In this document: positions 10,632-20,426 of the stretch, one piece after another
Numbering within the stretch: position 1 is the first letter of the stretch
Layout of the letters: each line of letters opens with the position of its first letter
Source: Candidatus Micrarchaeota archaeon
GTDB lineage: Archaea; Micrarchaeota; Micrarchaeia; Micrarchaeales; Micrarchaeaceae
DNA length: 64,000 nt
Direction: 5' to 3'
Assembly (NCBI GenBank): GCA_021817565.1
Contig: JAKAUP010000007.1
Location: forward strand, 152,497-216,496
Translations under genes and position numbers: made by a program
The notes under the pieces: model-generated
Told to the model about the DNA's origin: nothing
What the model saw: the letters and a program-made list of their open reading frames with translations, nothing else
Databases searched by the model: none

Positions 10632-11090
10632 ATGCGAGCGCAATCCGCAATGGAATACCTCACAACGTACGGCTGGGCAATACTCATAATAGGCATTGTG
10701 CTCGGAGTATTGTACGCTTCGGGATTCTTTTCCCCAAACGTGACGCCAGAGTGCGTATTTCCCAATTTCTCATGCCTGAGCTACAGCCTATCCGGCTCAG
10801 GATCGATATCGATAAACATAGCACCCAACAACATTGAATATCCGATAAACATAACTGCGGTCGCGTGCAATACGGGAGGAAACCCCACAAACCTAACGAA
10901 AATAAACCCGGAAGTAACGCTCGAGCCGCAACAAAACTTTTCCACAACCGTCGACTGCTACGACAACGGCACCATATTTTCAGGTACAACCGGCAGCGTC
11001 TATGAAGGTTACTTTATAGTAAAGTATATAAGCACCCAAAACGGATTCCCATATACAGAACTCGGGAAGGTAGTTGCCAAGGTGGGATGA
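10632..11090 (+). CDS. Pilin-like protein with class III signal peptide
   Basis: MRA/QSAMEYLTTYGWAIL plus hydrophobic helix; Cys-containing beta-rich domain. Confidence 0.85.
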   Translation: MRAQSAMEYLTTYGWAILIIGIVLGVLYASGFFSPNVTPECVFPNFSCLSYSLSGSGSISINIAPNNIEYPINITAVACNTGGNPTNLTKINPEVTLEPQQNFSTTVDCYDNGTIFSGTTGSVYEGYFIVKYISTQNGFPYTELGKVVAKVG

Positions 11091-12016
11091 TAAAAACAAC
11101 ACCTAAAAACAAAGGAATGCTGGGGGGCCAATCGGCAGTAGAATACCTAACGACATATGGCATTGCAATCCTCATAATAGCTATAATAGGTGTAACGATA
11201 TATGGTCTCAACCTACTCAACCCATACTCATTGTCTCCTAAGGCCAACCCATCCAGCTGCCAGGTCACAAGACCTAACGGACCCGGGAGCGACATATTCC
11301 TCGAGTTGGTCGGCCCAAACTGCATGCAGAACGACATACCAGAATACGTAGCGCAGTTCAACGGACAGAGCAGTTACATAAACCTTGGAAATCCAAATTA
11401 TTTCAGCCCAGAAGCGGGAAGCAACGGCGGAAGAATGTCAATATGCGCATGGTACTATATCGTCTCATTGTCCAACTATCACGGATTCCTGCTAAAGGGG
11501 GAAAGCAGTCCGAGCAATGGAAACGGTTGGGAATATGCGATAGGGCAGGGCAGTCAACAGACATATGTGGTATGGACTACAAGTGGTGCAGACATAGCTT
11601 CATACAGCTTTTCGCCTCTGATGACGAAAAGATGGACATTTACATGTTTCACATACAACTATTCCTCAAGTACGGCGTACGTATACATAAACACAACCAG
11701 ATACGCAGCCACATTCTCTCCAGGCACACCAGCATCACAGACAAACGCAAACCTTACAATCGGCGCCGGCGAGAACGGATACTCGAATGTCGAGCTTTCC
11801 AACCTGCAGATATACAACACAACACTCTCTCAGCAGCAGGTTCAGACCATTTATAGTGAAGGCATAGGCGGTGCTCCTATAGATCTTACCAGTCTGGTGG
11901 GCTGGTGGCCCTTGAATGGGAACGCAAAAGACTACAGCGGAAACCAGAACGAAGGGATATCAAACGGGGTAACGTTTATATCAAACTGGGAATCAGGATA
12001 CAGTACACCAAAATAA
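11087..12016 (+). CDS. Class III signal peptide protein with LamG-like domain
   Basis: GG/QSAVEYLTTYG; AQFNGQSSYI, LQIYNTTLS, LVGWWPLNGNAKDYSG LamG motifs. Confidence 0.85.
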   Translation: MIKTTPKNKGMLGGQSAVEYLTTYGIAILIIAIIGVTIYGLNLLNPYSLSPKANPSSCQVTRPNGPGSDIFLELVGPNCMQNDIPEYVAQFNGQSSYINLGNPNYFSPEAGSNGGRMSICAWYYIVSLSNYHGFLLKGESSPSNGNGWEYAIGQGSQQTYVVWTTSGADIASYSFSPLMTKRWTFTCFTYNYSSSTAYVYINTTRYAATFSPGTPASQTNANLTIGAGENGYSNVELSNLQIYNTTLSQQQVQTIYSEGIGGAPIDLTSLVGWWPLNGNAKDYSGNQNEGISNGVTFISNWESGYSTPK

Positions 12017-12025
12017 ATGGTTTGC

Positions 12026-12481
12026 ATGAAACTCCAATCCGCAATGGAATACCTCACAACGTACGGTTGGGCGATCTTAATCCTTGCAATAGTTGCGCTC
12101 GTAATAGTGAGTAGCGGCCTTCTCACGCAAAGGCCCACAGACATATGCTCATTCGAATATAACCTCACATGTAGCTCTTATTACATAAACTCTAACGGGA
12201 TTCTGAACATCACGATAGCTCAGAAGACCGGATACAACATAACCGCTACTTACATAGGCTGCGATTCAAACGTGTCCTCCTCTCCAATACTCCTCCCCAT
12301 ATCAGACAATGTTCCGAACGGGGGCAGCTTCAGTTCTACGGTGCAGTGTTATTATGGCGGTAAATACTTCAATAGCAGCATCAGCGGCACATATCAGGGC
12401 TATGTGGTATTGGAATATACAAGCGAGCTAAGCGGCTACCAACACACAAACGTAGGGCGCATAGTATATAACATAGGGTAA
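12026..12481 (+). CDS. Pilin-like protein with class III signal peptide (paralog of 10632..11090)
   Basis: MKL/QSAMEYLTTYGWAIL; same Cys spacing and Y.GY..L.Y motif as the first pilin. Confidence 0.85.
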   Translation: MKLQSAMEYLTTYGWAILILAIVALVIVSSGLLTQRPTDICSFEYNLTCSSYYINSNGILNITIAQKTGYNITATYIGCDSNVSSSPILLPISDNVPNGGSFSSTVQCYYGGKYFNSSISGTYQGYVVLEYTSELSGYQHTNVGRIVYNIG

Positions 12482-12483
12482 AC

Positions 12484-13707
12484 TTAGAGGTAAGCAGATA
12501 TCTTCCTCTGCATGATCACATCTTTGAGCATTGTGCTGTTTCTTATCCATTCGTTTTTTGATATGTCAAACATCCTCTCCACTTCGCCAAGTAGCTCATT
12601 CTTATCATCTAATATCTTTGGCTGCGTGGCGAGCGCCTCTCTGACGTGCTCTCTGACATTCCATACGCCAACAGGCATCATGTATCCATCATGCACTTCT
12701 CTCAGTATCAAAACGGAAGCCTGCACCCTCTTACTCAACAGTTTTTCTGCAACTGCAAGGCGTGCTGCATAATAGCATCCGCCTATCTCGGCATATTTCT
12801 TCCTTCCTTCAAATCCCTCCCAGGAAGAGAATATGGATATCTGGTTTGGGTTCTCGTTCCACGCGGTGTTCGGGTACCACGCCTCTATTGACTCATAGCT
12901 CCACGTTCCAGGCAACAAAGCAATCATCCATCTGTTGTCCAAGGAGGTATGCATGTAAACCTCTATGTGGTCTATTTCGTCCATGCACTTAACATCCGAT
13001 AGCAGCGCCTTTGATATCGTATCGTCTGTGGCAGTGATGCTCCATCTAGTGGGCACCAGCTTTCTCCCCTTTCCCAATCCGAGCGTTCCTGCAGAAAGTG
13101 CCCTGCTTATCTTCGAAATATTTACACCTCTATGGTAAAGGTCAAACATGGCGTCTGACGCAAGCATATCGGTATCTACATATCTGCTTTCAAGCTTCCT
13201 ATCTGTGTTTATGTTCGAAAAGCTCATCCGTGAAACAATGCCGCTAAATCCAAACGGTTCAACAACATCCCCCTTATCCTTCCTGTATGGGCTCAACCTC
13301 TCAAGCTGCATATCCGAATCGACCGGCCTCTCAGAGAGTGCAAGCTCTGTTATACCATCCATTCTTCTATCGTTTCCAAAGTTTTTCACGTCGGTCAGGA
13401 ACATACCTCTCACAAGCCTGAACCGCATACTAAATATCTCTGGTATGCTCTTATGCCTCCACATCTCTGGAGATCCGAGCACCCCGGTATCCCCAAATTC
13501 GTTAGGAACCATCGGTCCGGCAAAAACCTTTGGATAGCCGTATCTCCCTATGAATATGTCGGTTGGCGAAGAACCAGAAATGTTTCTGGTTCCAGAAAGC
13601 CTCTCCATATTCATCCTGTAATATTTGGATATAATACTGGAATCGCGCATGTTGTCATAAACGCCACTTGAACGTTTGACAACGAGACCGTTCCCGAATT
13701 TCTGCAT
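12484..13707 (-). CDS. nreA: Nre-family DNA repair protein
   Basis: GSSP..FIGRYGYPKV, LVPTRWSITA.DD, GGCYYAARL, PVGVW.VRE; C-terminal PIP box QRKISAYL. Confidence 0.9.
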   Translation of the reverse strand: MQKFGNGLVVKRSSGVYDNMRDSSIISKYYRMNMERLSGTRNISGSSPTDIFIGRYGYPKVFAGPMVPNEFGDTGVLGSPEMWRHKSIPEIFSMRFRLVRGMFLTDVKNFGNDRRMDGITELALSERPVDSDMQLERLSPYRKDKGDVVEPFGFSGIVSRMSFSNINTDRKLESRYVDTDMLASDAMFDLYHRGVNISKISRALSAGTLGLGKGRKLVPTRWSITATDDTISKALLSDVKCMDEIDHIEVYMHTSLDNRWMIALLPGTWSYESIEAWYPNTAWNENPNQISIFSSWEGFEGRKKYAEIGGCYYAARLAVAEKLLSKRVQASVLILREVHDGYMMPVGVWNVREHVREALATQPKILDDKNELLGEVERMFDISKNEWIRNSTMLKDVIMQRKISAYL

Positions 13708-13770
13708 ATGTAATCACGGTCAATCAATTATTTATATTTCACCCCCAACCCAAAAAATATAAACCGCACT

Positions 13771-14859
13771 ATGCAATCATTACTGGGTGTATCGATAAGT
13801 ACGTTAAAGGAGAAGCTCCACTCCATATTTGCAAATCAGAAATACGAGGCATTGGTAATAATAAACTCAAGCGAACAGGACAGCAATTTCAAGTATCTTA
13901 CCGGTTTCACAAGCGGAATATTCGAGCAAACGGTGCTCATAGCTGGGCCTGACGGTGCAAAAATCATTGTGAACAAGCTGGAAGAGGAGGTTGCGCGCAA
14001 GCAGGCAGACGGGGCGATTGAAGTCGTGTGTGCCAACCGCGACCTATTACATAATGAATTAAGGAGGCTGCACGGCAAAAAGCTCGGCATAAATGCCTCG
14101 TTCATACCTGTATCGTATGCGAAAATGCTCTCCAAGGTTACCGGGGCAAAGTCGCTGGTTGACGCATCTCAAGACCTGCTCAAGGTTCGTAGCATAAAGG
14201 ACGAGTACGAGATAAAACAGATAAGGAAGGCAGTACGCATAACAAAGGCGGCAATAGAAGAGACGGTAGCAGAACTCGAACCGGGCCAGAGCGAGGAGGA
14301 GGTGGCAGCACGTTTCGAGTACAACCAGGCAAAGCTGGGCGCGCGCATATCATTTCCATCAATCGTTGCGTTCGGGCCGAACGCATCAATGCCGCATTAC
14401 ATGCCTGGCAAGCGCAGGCTTGCCAGTAACGAGGCTGTGCTTTTCGATGTTGGAGGCGTGCAAAATAACTACTGTTCTGACATAAGCCGTACGGTCATAT
14501 TCAAACCAGACAGGCATTCCATCAAGTACAAGAGAGTTTCGGAGATGGTGGAAGTGGTAAAAGAGGCGCAGCAACTGGCGCTCAAGGAGATGTACGAAGG
14601 AAACGATGCGTCATCTCCGCATAATGCCGCTGCATCGTACATAGACAGCTACAAGGACGGAATATACAAGGGAAGGTTCATACACGCGCTTGGGCACAGC
14701 ATAGGTATAGAGGTACATGACGGCCAGACAATACCGTCAAAGATGAGACTGGAGAGAAATATGGTGTTCAGCGACGAGCCCGGAATCTACATACCCAAAT
14801 TCGGAGGCGTTAGATTTGAGGACGATGTGCTCATAGGCAAAAAGAGCCGTTTTCTATAG
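13771..14859 (+). CDS. pepQ: Xaa-Pro aminopeptidase/prolidase (M24)
   Basis: YLTGF, PHY, DVG..Y.SDISRT, HALGHSIG.EVHD, EPGIY, GGVRFEDD. Confidence 0.9.
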   Translation: MQSLLGVSISTLKEKLHSIFANQKYEALVIINSSEQDSNFKYLTGFTSGIFEQTVLIAGPDGAKIIVNKLEEEVARKQADGAIEVVCANRDLLHNELRRLHGKKLGINASFIPVSYAKMLSKVTGAKSLVDASQDLLKVRSIKDEYEIKQIRKAVRITKAAIEETVAELEPGQSEEEVAARFEYNQAKLGARISFPSIVAFGPNASMPHYMPGKRRLASNEAVLFDVGGVQNNYCSDISRTVIFKPDRHSIKYKRVSEMVEVVKEAQQLALKEMYEGNDASSPHNAAASYIDSYKDGIYKGRFIHALGHSIGIEVHDGQTIPSKMRLERNMVFSDEPGIYIPKFGGVRFEDDVLIGKKSRFL

Positions 14860-15768
14860 TCAGCTGGTAGCGATTATCCCGTCTATTATCCCGTTTACGC
14901 CTACCCCTCCTGTTGAACGTACAACGATCCTGTGGCTAAGAATGGGGCGCGCAAGCTTCTTTATGTCATCCACATTTACTTCATTCCTTCCCTCTATCAT
15001 CGCCCTTGCCTTGCCTGCCTTGAGGAAGCTTATCTCGGCCCTCGGACTTCCACCCATCACAACGTGCATGTCGCTCCTCGTCTGGTTGACTATGTTCGTT
15101 ATGTACTTCAGCACATCCTCAGAGACCTTTATATCAGAAACCATCCGCTGCATCTCAAGTATCTCATTAATGGAGAGTACGCGCTCAACCTTTGACTCTA
15201 CCGGCCTGTCCTTTATCTTAAGCATCTCCACTTCCTCATCTATGCTTGGATACCCCACTTCTATCCTCATCAGGAACCTGTCAGCCAGAACCTTTGGTAT
15301 TGGTATTGTACCTTCCACATTGAGCGGGTTCTGCGTGGCAAAGGCAATGAATGGCTGTTTTAGCGGTATTGTCGAGTCCCCAAGCGTGACCTGTCTCTCC
15401 TCCAGGGCTTCGAGCAGTGCGCTCGCGGTTCTTTGGGGAGCCCTGTTCAGTTCGTCTATCAAAAGGATGTTGGTGAAGATTGGTCCCCTCTTCACCTGTA
15501 CCTGATGGTTGCTGTCAACGTATGCGTATCCCACAATGTCCTTGAATTCCAGGTCTGCTGTTCCCTGCACCCTTCCAAAATCAGCTTGGATCGCATCAGA
15601 CATCGCTTTTGACATGGTAGTCTTTGCGACTCCTGGAACTCCTTCCAGCAGCGCATGCCCGTTTGCAACAATCGATATAAACATGAGCTTGAGTACCTCC
15701 TCCTTTCCGGATACTCTCTTCCTTACTTGCTCCACAACCGCCTCATAGCTCTTTTTAGGATCCACCAT
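14860..15768 (-). CDS. moxR: MoxR-family AAA+ ATPase
   Basis: HALLEGVPGVAKT, DELNRA, ATQNP, DRF, SPRA. Confidence 0.92.
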   Translation of the reverse strand: MVDPKKSYEAVVEQVRKRVSGKEEVLKLMFISIVANGHALLEGVPGVAKTTMSKAMSDAIQADFGRVQGTADLEFKDIVGYAYVDSNHQVQVKRGPIFTNILLIDELNRAPQRTASALLEALEERQVTLGDSTIPLKQPFIAFATQNPLNVEGTIPIPKVLADRFLMRIEVGYPSIDEEVEMLKIKDRPVESKVERVLSINEILEMQRMVSDIKVSEDVLKYITNIVNQTRSDMHVVMGGSPRAEISFLKAGKARAMIEGRNEVNVDDIKKLARPILSHRIVVRSTGGVGVNGIIDGIIATS

Positions 15769-15847
15769 CCCATCACGGTACCTATATAAGTGGTAGGAAG
15801 GTATTTATAATTGTAACAATATCTAATATGGCATTAGAGCAAACAGG

Positions 15848-16189
15848 ATGATGAGAATGATAGGCAAAGAGGCAAAAGAGAAAGGATATGCCAACATAGA
15901 GCAGGTTTACGAGATACTTAAGTCAAGAAAACCAGCTGAGATGAAATATGAACAGCAGGTGGTGCTTGATTACGTTACTAAGTTCAAGGCAAACAAGAAG
16001 ACATACCAAAAAGTGAGTTCCATACTGGAAAGCACAGAGCTGCCGGAGTCGATAAAGTCAAAGATACTCGAGATACTGCCAATGAACGAACCACTGCTCA
16101 AGCAGATCCTTGCAAGCGAGAAGATCTCGTTGGACGACGAGAAAAGAGCCGAACTGCTAAAGGCGATAAACGAGACGCGTGAAGCTTAG
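15848..16189 (+). CDS. rpo4: RNA polymerase subunit Rpo4 (F)
   Basis: YEQ...LDY..KF and K..EILP motifs; conserved adjacency to DUF655 and eL21. Confidence 0.75.
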   Translation: MMRMIGKEAKEKGYANIEQVYEILKSRKPAEMKYEQQVVLDYVTKFKANKKTYQKVSSILESTELPESIKSKILEILPMNEPLLKQILASEKISLDDEKRAELLKAINETREA

Positions 16190-16219
16190 TGTTTTGATGC
16201 TTAACAATAAGGTTTGGAC

Positions 16220-16816
16220 ATGTACGAGGAGAAGAAGGAGGAATACGCAATTGTGCTTGACTTTATGTCTACTGGCAAGTCATTCTCTACCAGGGCTGAA
16301 CCTATCACCCAGATAATGGGCGAGGACTTCTTTACACTTTTGGAAGCGGTGCCGAAGGAAGGCATTGTGCTCTCGATAGGCGAGAGGGTATACATAGGAA
16401 AGGATAACAGGGAGAAGATATCACTCATAAAATCAAGAATCCCATTCTCACAGCTTACCGAAACAGCAAAATCGACGCTACCAGAGGCGATACACGGAGT
16501 TATAACAGCGCATGAGCAGCGGTTCTCAGACTTCTTCAACAACGCAGGTCCGCTCAACATACGCGAACACTCGCTCGAGCTGCTCCCGGGTATAGGTAAG
16601 AAGAACCTGAATGCGATAATAAATGCAAGGAAGGAAAAGAAGTTTGAAGGCTTTGCGGACATATCCGCGCGCGTTTCATTCATACAGGATCCAGCAAAGC
16701 TCATATCGCGAAGGATAATGACCGAGCTTGAAGGAGGAGAGCGTTTCTACCTATTTACAAAACCGTACCAACCGAGACCGCCGTACCAACCGAGATCCGG
16801 CCCATACAGGCATTGA
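16220..16816 (+). CDS. DUF655 family HhH nucleic-acid-binding protein
   Basis: EEYAIVLD, FTLLE, FFNNAGP, HSLELLPGIG. Confidence 0.9.
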   Translation: MYEEKKEEYAIVLDFMSTGKSFSTRAEPITQIMGEDFFTLLEAVPKEGIVLSIGERVYIGKDNREKISLIKSRIPFSQLTETAKSTLPEAIHGVITAHEQRFSDFFNNAGPLNIREHSLELLPGIGKKNLNAIINARKEKKFEGFADISARVSFIQDPAKLISRRIMTELEGGERFYLFTKPYQPRPPYQPRSGPYRH

Positions 16817-17101
16817 TCATACCTTCTCTATATGGGAAGCATGCACTACCAGCTTCTTTTTCGCGCCCATCGTAATAACCTCCACAACATACCCTCTCTT
16901 TCTCCTCTCCGTTATGACACCTATCTTTCCCTTGTAGCGCGGATGCGGTATGTTCCTCACATTGCCCTTTGGGACTATAGCCACACGCTGTCCAATCTCA
17001 AAGTCCTTTATAACGTCCCTCACGCGCTGGGCCGAAGGCCTGTGGTGCCTTGAGAGGTTTCTGCTTCTTTTCGAAAAAAGACCTTTTGAACGCTTTACCA
17101 T
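16817..17101 (-). CDS. rpl21e: 50S ribosomal protein eL21 (L21e)
   Basis: MVKRSKG, PHPRYKGK.G, K.LVV...H. Confidence 0.95.
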   Translation of the reverse strand: MVKRSKGLFSKRSRNLSRHHRPSAQRVRDVIKDFEIGQRVAIVPKGNVRNIPHPRYKGKIGVITERRKRGYVVEVITMGAKKKLVVHASHIEKV

Positions 17102-17171
17102 TTTAAAACCTCGATATGCAGATACTTAAACATAGGAATATATTTATAGATTGGGTTATTAAAAGGTAAGG

Positions 17172-17501
17172 GTGTTTTTTACGTCAAACGATGGCAAGAA
17201 AGAGATAAAGCTGAAACCAACATACAGGATAGTGAACATAGTCGTCAAAGCGAATCTGGCAACAGACCTCGACCTATACCTTATGGGTAGGCTCTCTTTC
17301 GATATAGATTACGAGCCGGAGCAGTTTCCGGGCGCGATATTCAGGGTGCACGATCCGAAGTCAACCATACTCATCTTCAAAAACGGGAAGATCATATGCA
17401 CCGGCACGAAAAAGATGGCAGACGTGAAACGCTCAGTGCAGCATGCGGTAGACCTGGTAAACAAGTACCTGGCCCAGAACCCAAGGCCGGCTTCAAAGTA
17501 A
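17172..17501 (+). CDS. Single-repeat (half) TATA-binding-protein-like protein
   Basis: One TBP repeat: IVNIVV, YEPEQFPGAIFR, ILIFKNGKIICTG; only 109 aa. Confidence 0.85.
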   Translation: MFFTSNDGKKEIKLKPTYRIVNIVVKANLATDLDLYLMGRLSFDIDYEPEQFPGAIFRVHDPKSTILIFKNGKIICTGTKKMADVKRSVQHAVDLVNKYLAQNPRPASK

Positions 17502-17606
17502 CTTTCTGTAAAAGGGATAATAAGCAAGGTTTAAATATTGATATGCTTATAACCTTTACGTCGCTATATTGAAAAATATGGCAGACACCCTATTCTCATC
17601 CACCCA

Positions 17607-17626
17607 GAGGCGTATTTTTACGCCTC
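17607..17626. terminator. Possible terminator hairpin between convergent genes
   Basis: gaggcgta-tttt-tacgcctc perfect 8-bp inverted repeat between the half-TBP gene and trmI. Confidence 0.35.
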
Positions 17627-17639
17627 AACTCTTTTCCTT

Positions 17640-18218
17640 CTATTTCGAAATGTTTTTTATGCAGAATACGAGGTAGGCGGTATGCCATACCCCTTTTGTG
17701 GAAGGCCTTACCCCTGCCTCTCTGACAAGCATATCCCTTATTATGACCTCTAATGCGCATATCTCGACAAAACCGCACTTTTCAGCTTTAAGCACGAACT
17801 TCTTCATCTGTTCCGTATGGGGAAGATATCCGGCAAGCGTACCGCCTTCCTTCAAAGCCTTCCATGCATGCCTTACAGCTTTCTCAGAGTTGGGCATGTC
17901 CAGCACAACAAGATCCACATCCCTCTCACGTATGCCTTTAGTGATGTCTGCATGCCTTATCTCTACATTATCCAGGCCGAACATGTTTATATTCCTTTGC
18001 GCAATCTCTATGAAGTCGTCCCTTATCTCATAGGTATATACCTTTTTTGATATGCGCGCAAGCGAAACGGCCATCCATCCGCTTCCAGTGCCCGCATCAA
18101 CGCAGACGCTATCCTTCCCTACTCCAGAGTAGCTTATTATTATACCTATGTCCTTCGGAAGTATTATCTGCGGTCCTCTCTTCATCCTCTTATATATCCC
18201 TGGCCTAAGCACATCCAA
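17640..18218 (-). CDS. trmI: tRNA (adenine-N1)-methyltransferase, short N-terminus
   Basis: RGPQII.PKD, DAGTGSG, LDMP, RPST..V.HTAYL. Confidence 0.9.
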   Translation of the reverse strand: MDVLRPGIYKRMKRGPQIILPKDIGIIISYSGVGKDSVCVDAGTGSGWMAVSLARISKKVYTYEIRDDFIEIAQRNINMFGLDNVEIRHADITKGIRERDVDLVVLDMPNSEKAVRHAWKALKEGGTLAGYLPHTEQMKKFVLKAEKCGFVEICALEVIIRDMLVREAGVRPSTKGVWHTAYLVFCIKNISK

Positions 18219-20426
18219 TCAATCAGCCTTTTTTCTGGTCTTACCTGCCTTCTTGCCATCTCTTTTCGGCTTTCCTGCGTTTTTCTTCTTCCCCTTCACA
18301 ATCCTTCCCTTTCCATCATCGCCCATGCTCTTTTCCTCTACAGCTTTTTTTGGAGCTGCCCCTTCTTTCTTCGGGAAAATGATTGTGTGTTCGGTACATG
18401 CAGGATCAAGATCTATATCGAATGGCGGCTTCCCCTTCCTTATAATCCTCACAAATGGTGTATTGCACGCCTTGCATACGTTCCCAGTAGGCATTATCTT
18501 GGCATTTTGCGGAAGGGGATATGTGTTCGTGCACTTCGGATATGCGGAACACGCAACGAACTGCTTGCCTATCTTCGACCTCCTTATAACGAGCGCGCTC
18601 CCGCATTTCGGACATTTCCCGACAGTGTTCGCCTCCATGAAGTTCTCTCCCATGTCCTTTGCGATATTCTCCTTGTTCCTGTCAAACATCTCTATCGCTT
18701 TAAGGAGTATCTCCTTTCCCTCGGCTACAACCTCCTCCTCTTTCTTCTCTCCCTTTGATATGCGTTCCATATCCTCTTCCAGCTGGCGTGTCGTCTCCAC
18801 GCTCATTATCATTCCGCAGTTCCTGGAGAGGGCGTTGTATACCGACATGCCGAACTTCGTGACTCTTATCTGGCCTCCCTCTATGTAATTCCTCCTGAAA
18901 AGGGTATCTATTATGCTCGCCCTTGTCGCCTTCGTTCCGAGATTCATCCGTTCCAGTTCTGCTATCAGTCCTGCCTTTGTAAACCTCTTTTTTGGTTTTG
19001 TCTCCAGTTCCTCCATCTTAACCTCTTCACATGCGCACCTTTCTGACTCGACGAACTGCTCCATCGCCTTTCCAATCTCGTTTTCCGTGCTTACAAAATG
19101 GTATATTTCCATCCATCCTTTCTTAGTGACGAGTGTTGCCGAAGCAGAATACTTCTCCTTTCCGATATCCGAGTTCATCGAAAGTCTTAATGTATCGGCA
19201 GGTTCAGCAAAGCATGATAAGAACCTTCTTGTTATCAGGTCATAGAGTGCCTCTTCCTCCTTAGATAACTTTTTGGGCTCTATGCCTGTAGGGAATATCG
19301 CCGGGTGCGCCTCATCAGCCTTCTTTCCCTGCACAGGCCTGAATGCCCTTCTCGAGATTATCCCTTCCGCATATTTTTTGTACGCATTGTTCTTGCCTAT
19401 TTCCTCAATTATCCTTTGCAATCCAAGCGTAGGCGGAAGCTTCTGCGAGGACGTCCTTGGATACGATATGTAAGACCTCTCATAGAGCGCCTGTGCGGTC
19501 GCAAGCGTCGCAGAAGGATCCATTCTCAAAACCCTGCTTGCCTCAAGCTGCAACGAGGTAAGGTCGAATGCAGGGTAAGGATACCTCTTTACCTCTTCCC
19601 TGCTGATCTTCGTTATCACCGCAGCATTCTTGTTTCTTAGCGACTCTCCGTATGCCGTATCCGCATCCTCCTTCTTGAATATCTCCCCGCGGTCGTTTGT
19701 GAACCTCACTCCTTTGATTTCGGCGTAGACTTTCCAATACGGCTCCGGCTTGAAGTTACTTATCTCAATCTCCCTTGCGGCAAGCACAGACAACGTCGGT
19801 CCTTGTACCCTGCCTATGCTGAGCGACTTCCCCTTCTCGTATTTTCTAAGCGCGCTGGTCAGTGCCCTGCTCAAGTTTATCCCCCACAGCCAGTCTATAA
19901 CGTGCCTGGCCTCCCCTGCCTTGAAATTCAGCGTATCCGTTTCCCCGGCAGTATCATAAGATTCTATCAGGTCTGGTATGGTGGTCGTGGAAAATTTCAT
20001 GCGCCTTGCCTTATTCCCGAAACGTTCAGGATCTTCGCCAGTAACGCTCTTTATGATGTTCGTGCCTATTACCGTACCTTCGAGGTCATAGTCGCAGGCA
20101 TTGATAAAAGAGTCGCACTTTGCCCCAACCTCCTTTATCACATCAAGATAGCCCTTTGTGAAATACGATGATTTGTTTATCTTGTAAGACGGTTCCCATT
20201 TCACGTCCAACACTGGATAGTCCTTCTTATCTCCGTTCTGGCTTATGGTAAACAGGTGGCCGACTGCAGCAACCACATATATATCCCCTTCCGGCCTCCT
20301 TAAGTAGTAATACCCTACATGCCCGCTTCCCATCCTTTTCTGCTGGCTGTTTCCCAGCGCAATCGCTATTCTGAGCGCCACGCTGGGCTTTTCGGCAATG
20401 AGCAAAATATTATGCGGCATTCTCAT
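18219..20426 (-). CDS. topA: DNA topoisomerase IA
   Basis: IAEKPS, DYDLEG, SIGRVQGP, SYPRT (active Tyr), EAHPAI, LGTKATR, C-terminal Zn ribbons, Lys-rich tail. Confidence 0.96.
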   Translation of the reverse strand: MRMPHNILLIAEKPSVALRIAIALGNSQQKRMGSGHVGYYYLRRPEGDIYVVAAVGHLFTISQNGDKKDYPVLDVKWEPSYKINKSSYFTKGYLDVIKEVGAKCDSFINACDYDLEGTVIGTNIIKSVTGEDPERFGNKARRMKFSTTTIPDLIESYDTAGETDTLNFKAGEARHVIDWLWGINLSRALTSALRKYEKGKSLSIGRVQGPTLSVLAAREIEISNFKPEPYWKVYAEIKGVRFTNDRGEIFKKEDADTAYGESLRNKNAAVITKISREEVKRYPYPAFDLTSLQLEASRVLRMDPSATLATAQALYERSYISYPRTSSQKLPPTLGLQRIIEEIGKNNAYKKYAEGIISRRAFRPVQGKKADEAHPAIFPTGIEPKKLSKEEEALYDLITRRFLSCFAEPADTLRLSMNSDIGKEKYSASATLVTKKGWMEIYHFVSTENEIGKAMEQFVESERCACEEVKMEELETKPKKRFTKAGLIAELERMNLGTKATRASIIDTLFRRNYIEGGQIRVTKFGMSVYNALSRNCGMIMSVETTRQLEEDMERISKGEKKEEEVVAEGKEILLKAIEMFDRNKENIAKDMGENFMEANTVGKCPKCGSALVIRRSKIGKQFVACSAYPKCTNTYPLPQNAKIMPTGNVCKACNTPFVRIIRKGKPPFDIDLDPACTEHTIIFPKKEGAAPKKAVEEKSMGDDGKGRIVKGKKKNAGKPKRDGKKAGKTRKKAD

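Noticed and set aside
8788..13707. PolX and NreA flanking pilin genes as a DNA-uptake/repair system
   Set aside because: Opposite orientations and no uptake machinery; adjacency alone is not evidence.
14860..15768. MoxR without adjacent vWA or DUF58 partners
   Set aside because: Operon fragmentation is common in such genomes; partners may lie outside the window.
16763..16795. 15-nt repeat CCGTACCAACCGAGA twice with an 18-nt period
   Set aside because: Short in-frame duplication (PYQPR twice) in the disordered DUF655 tail.
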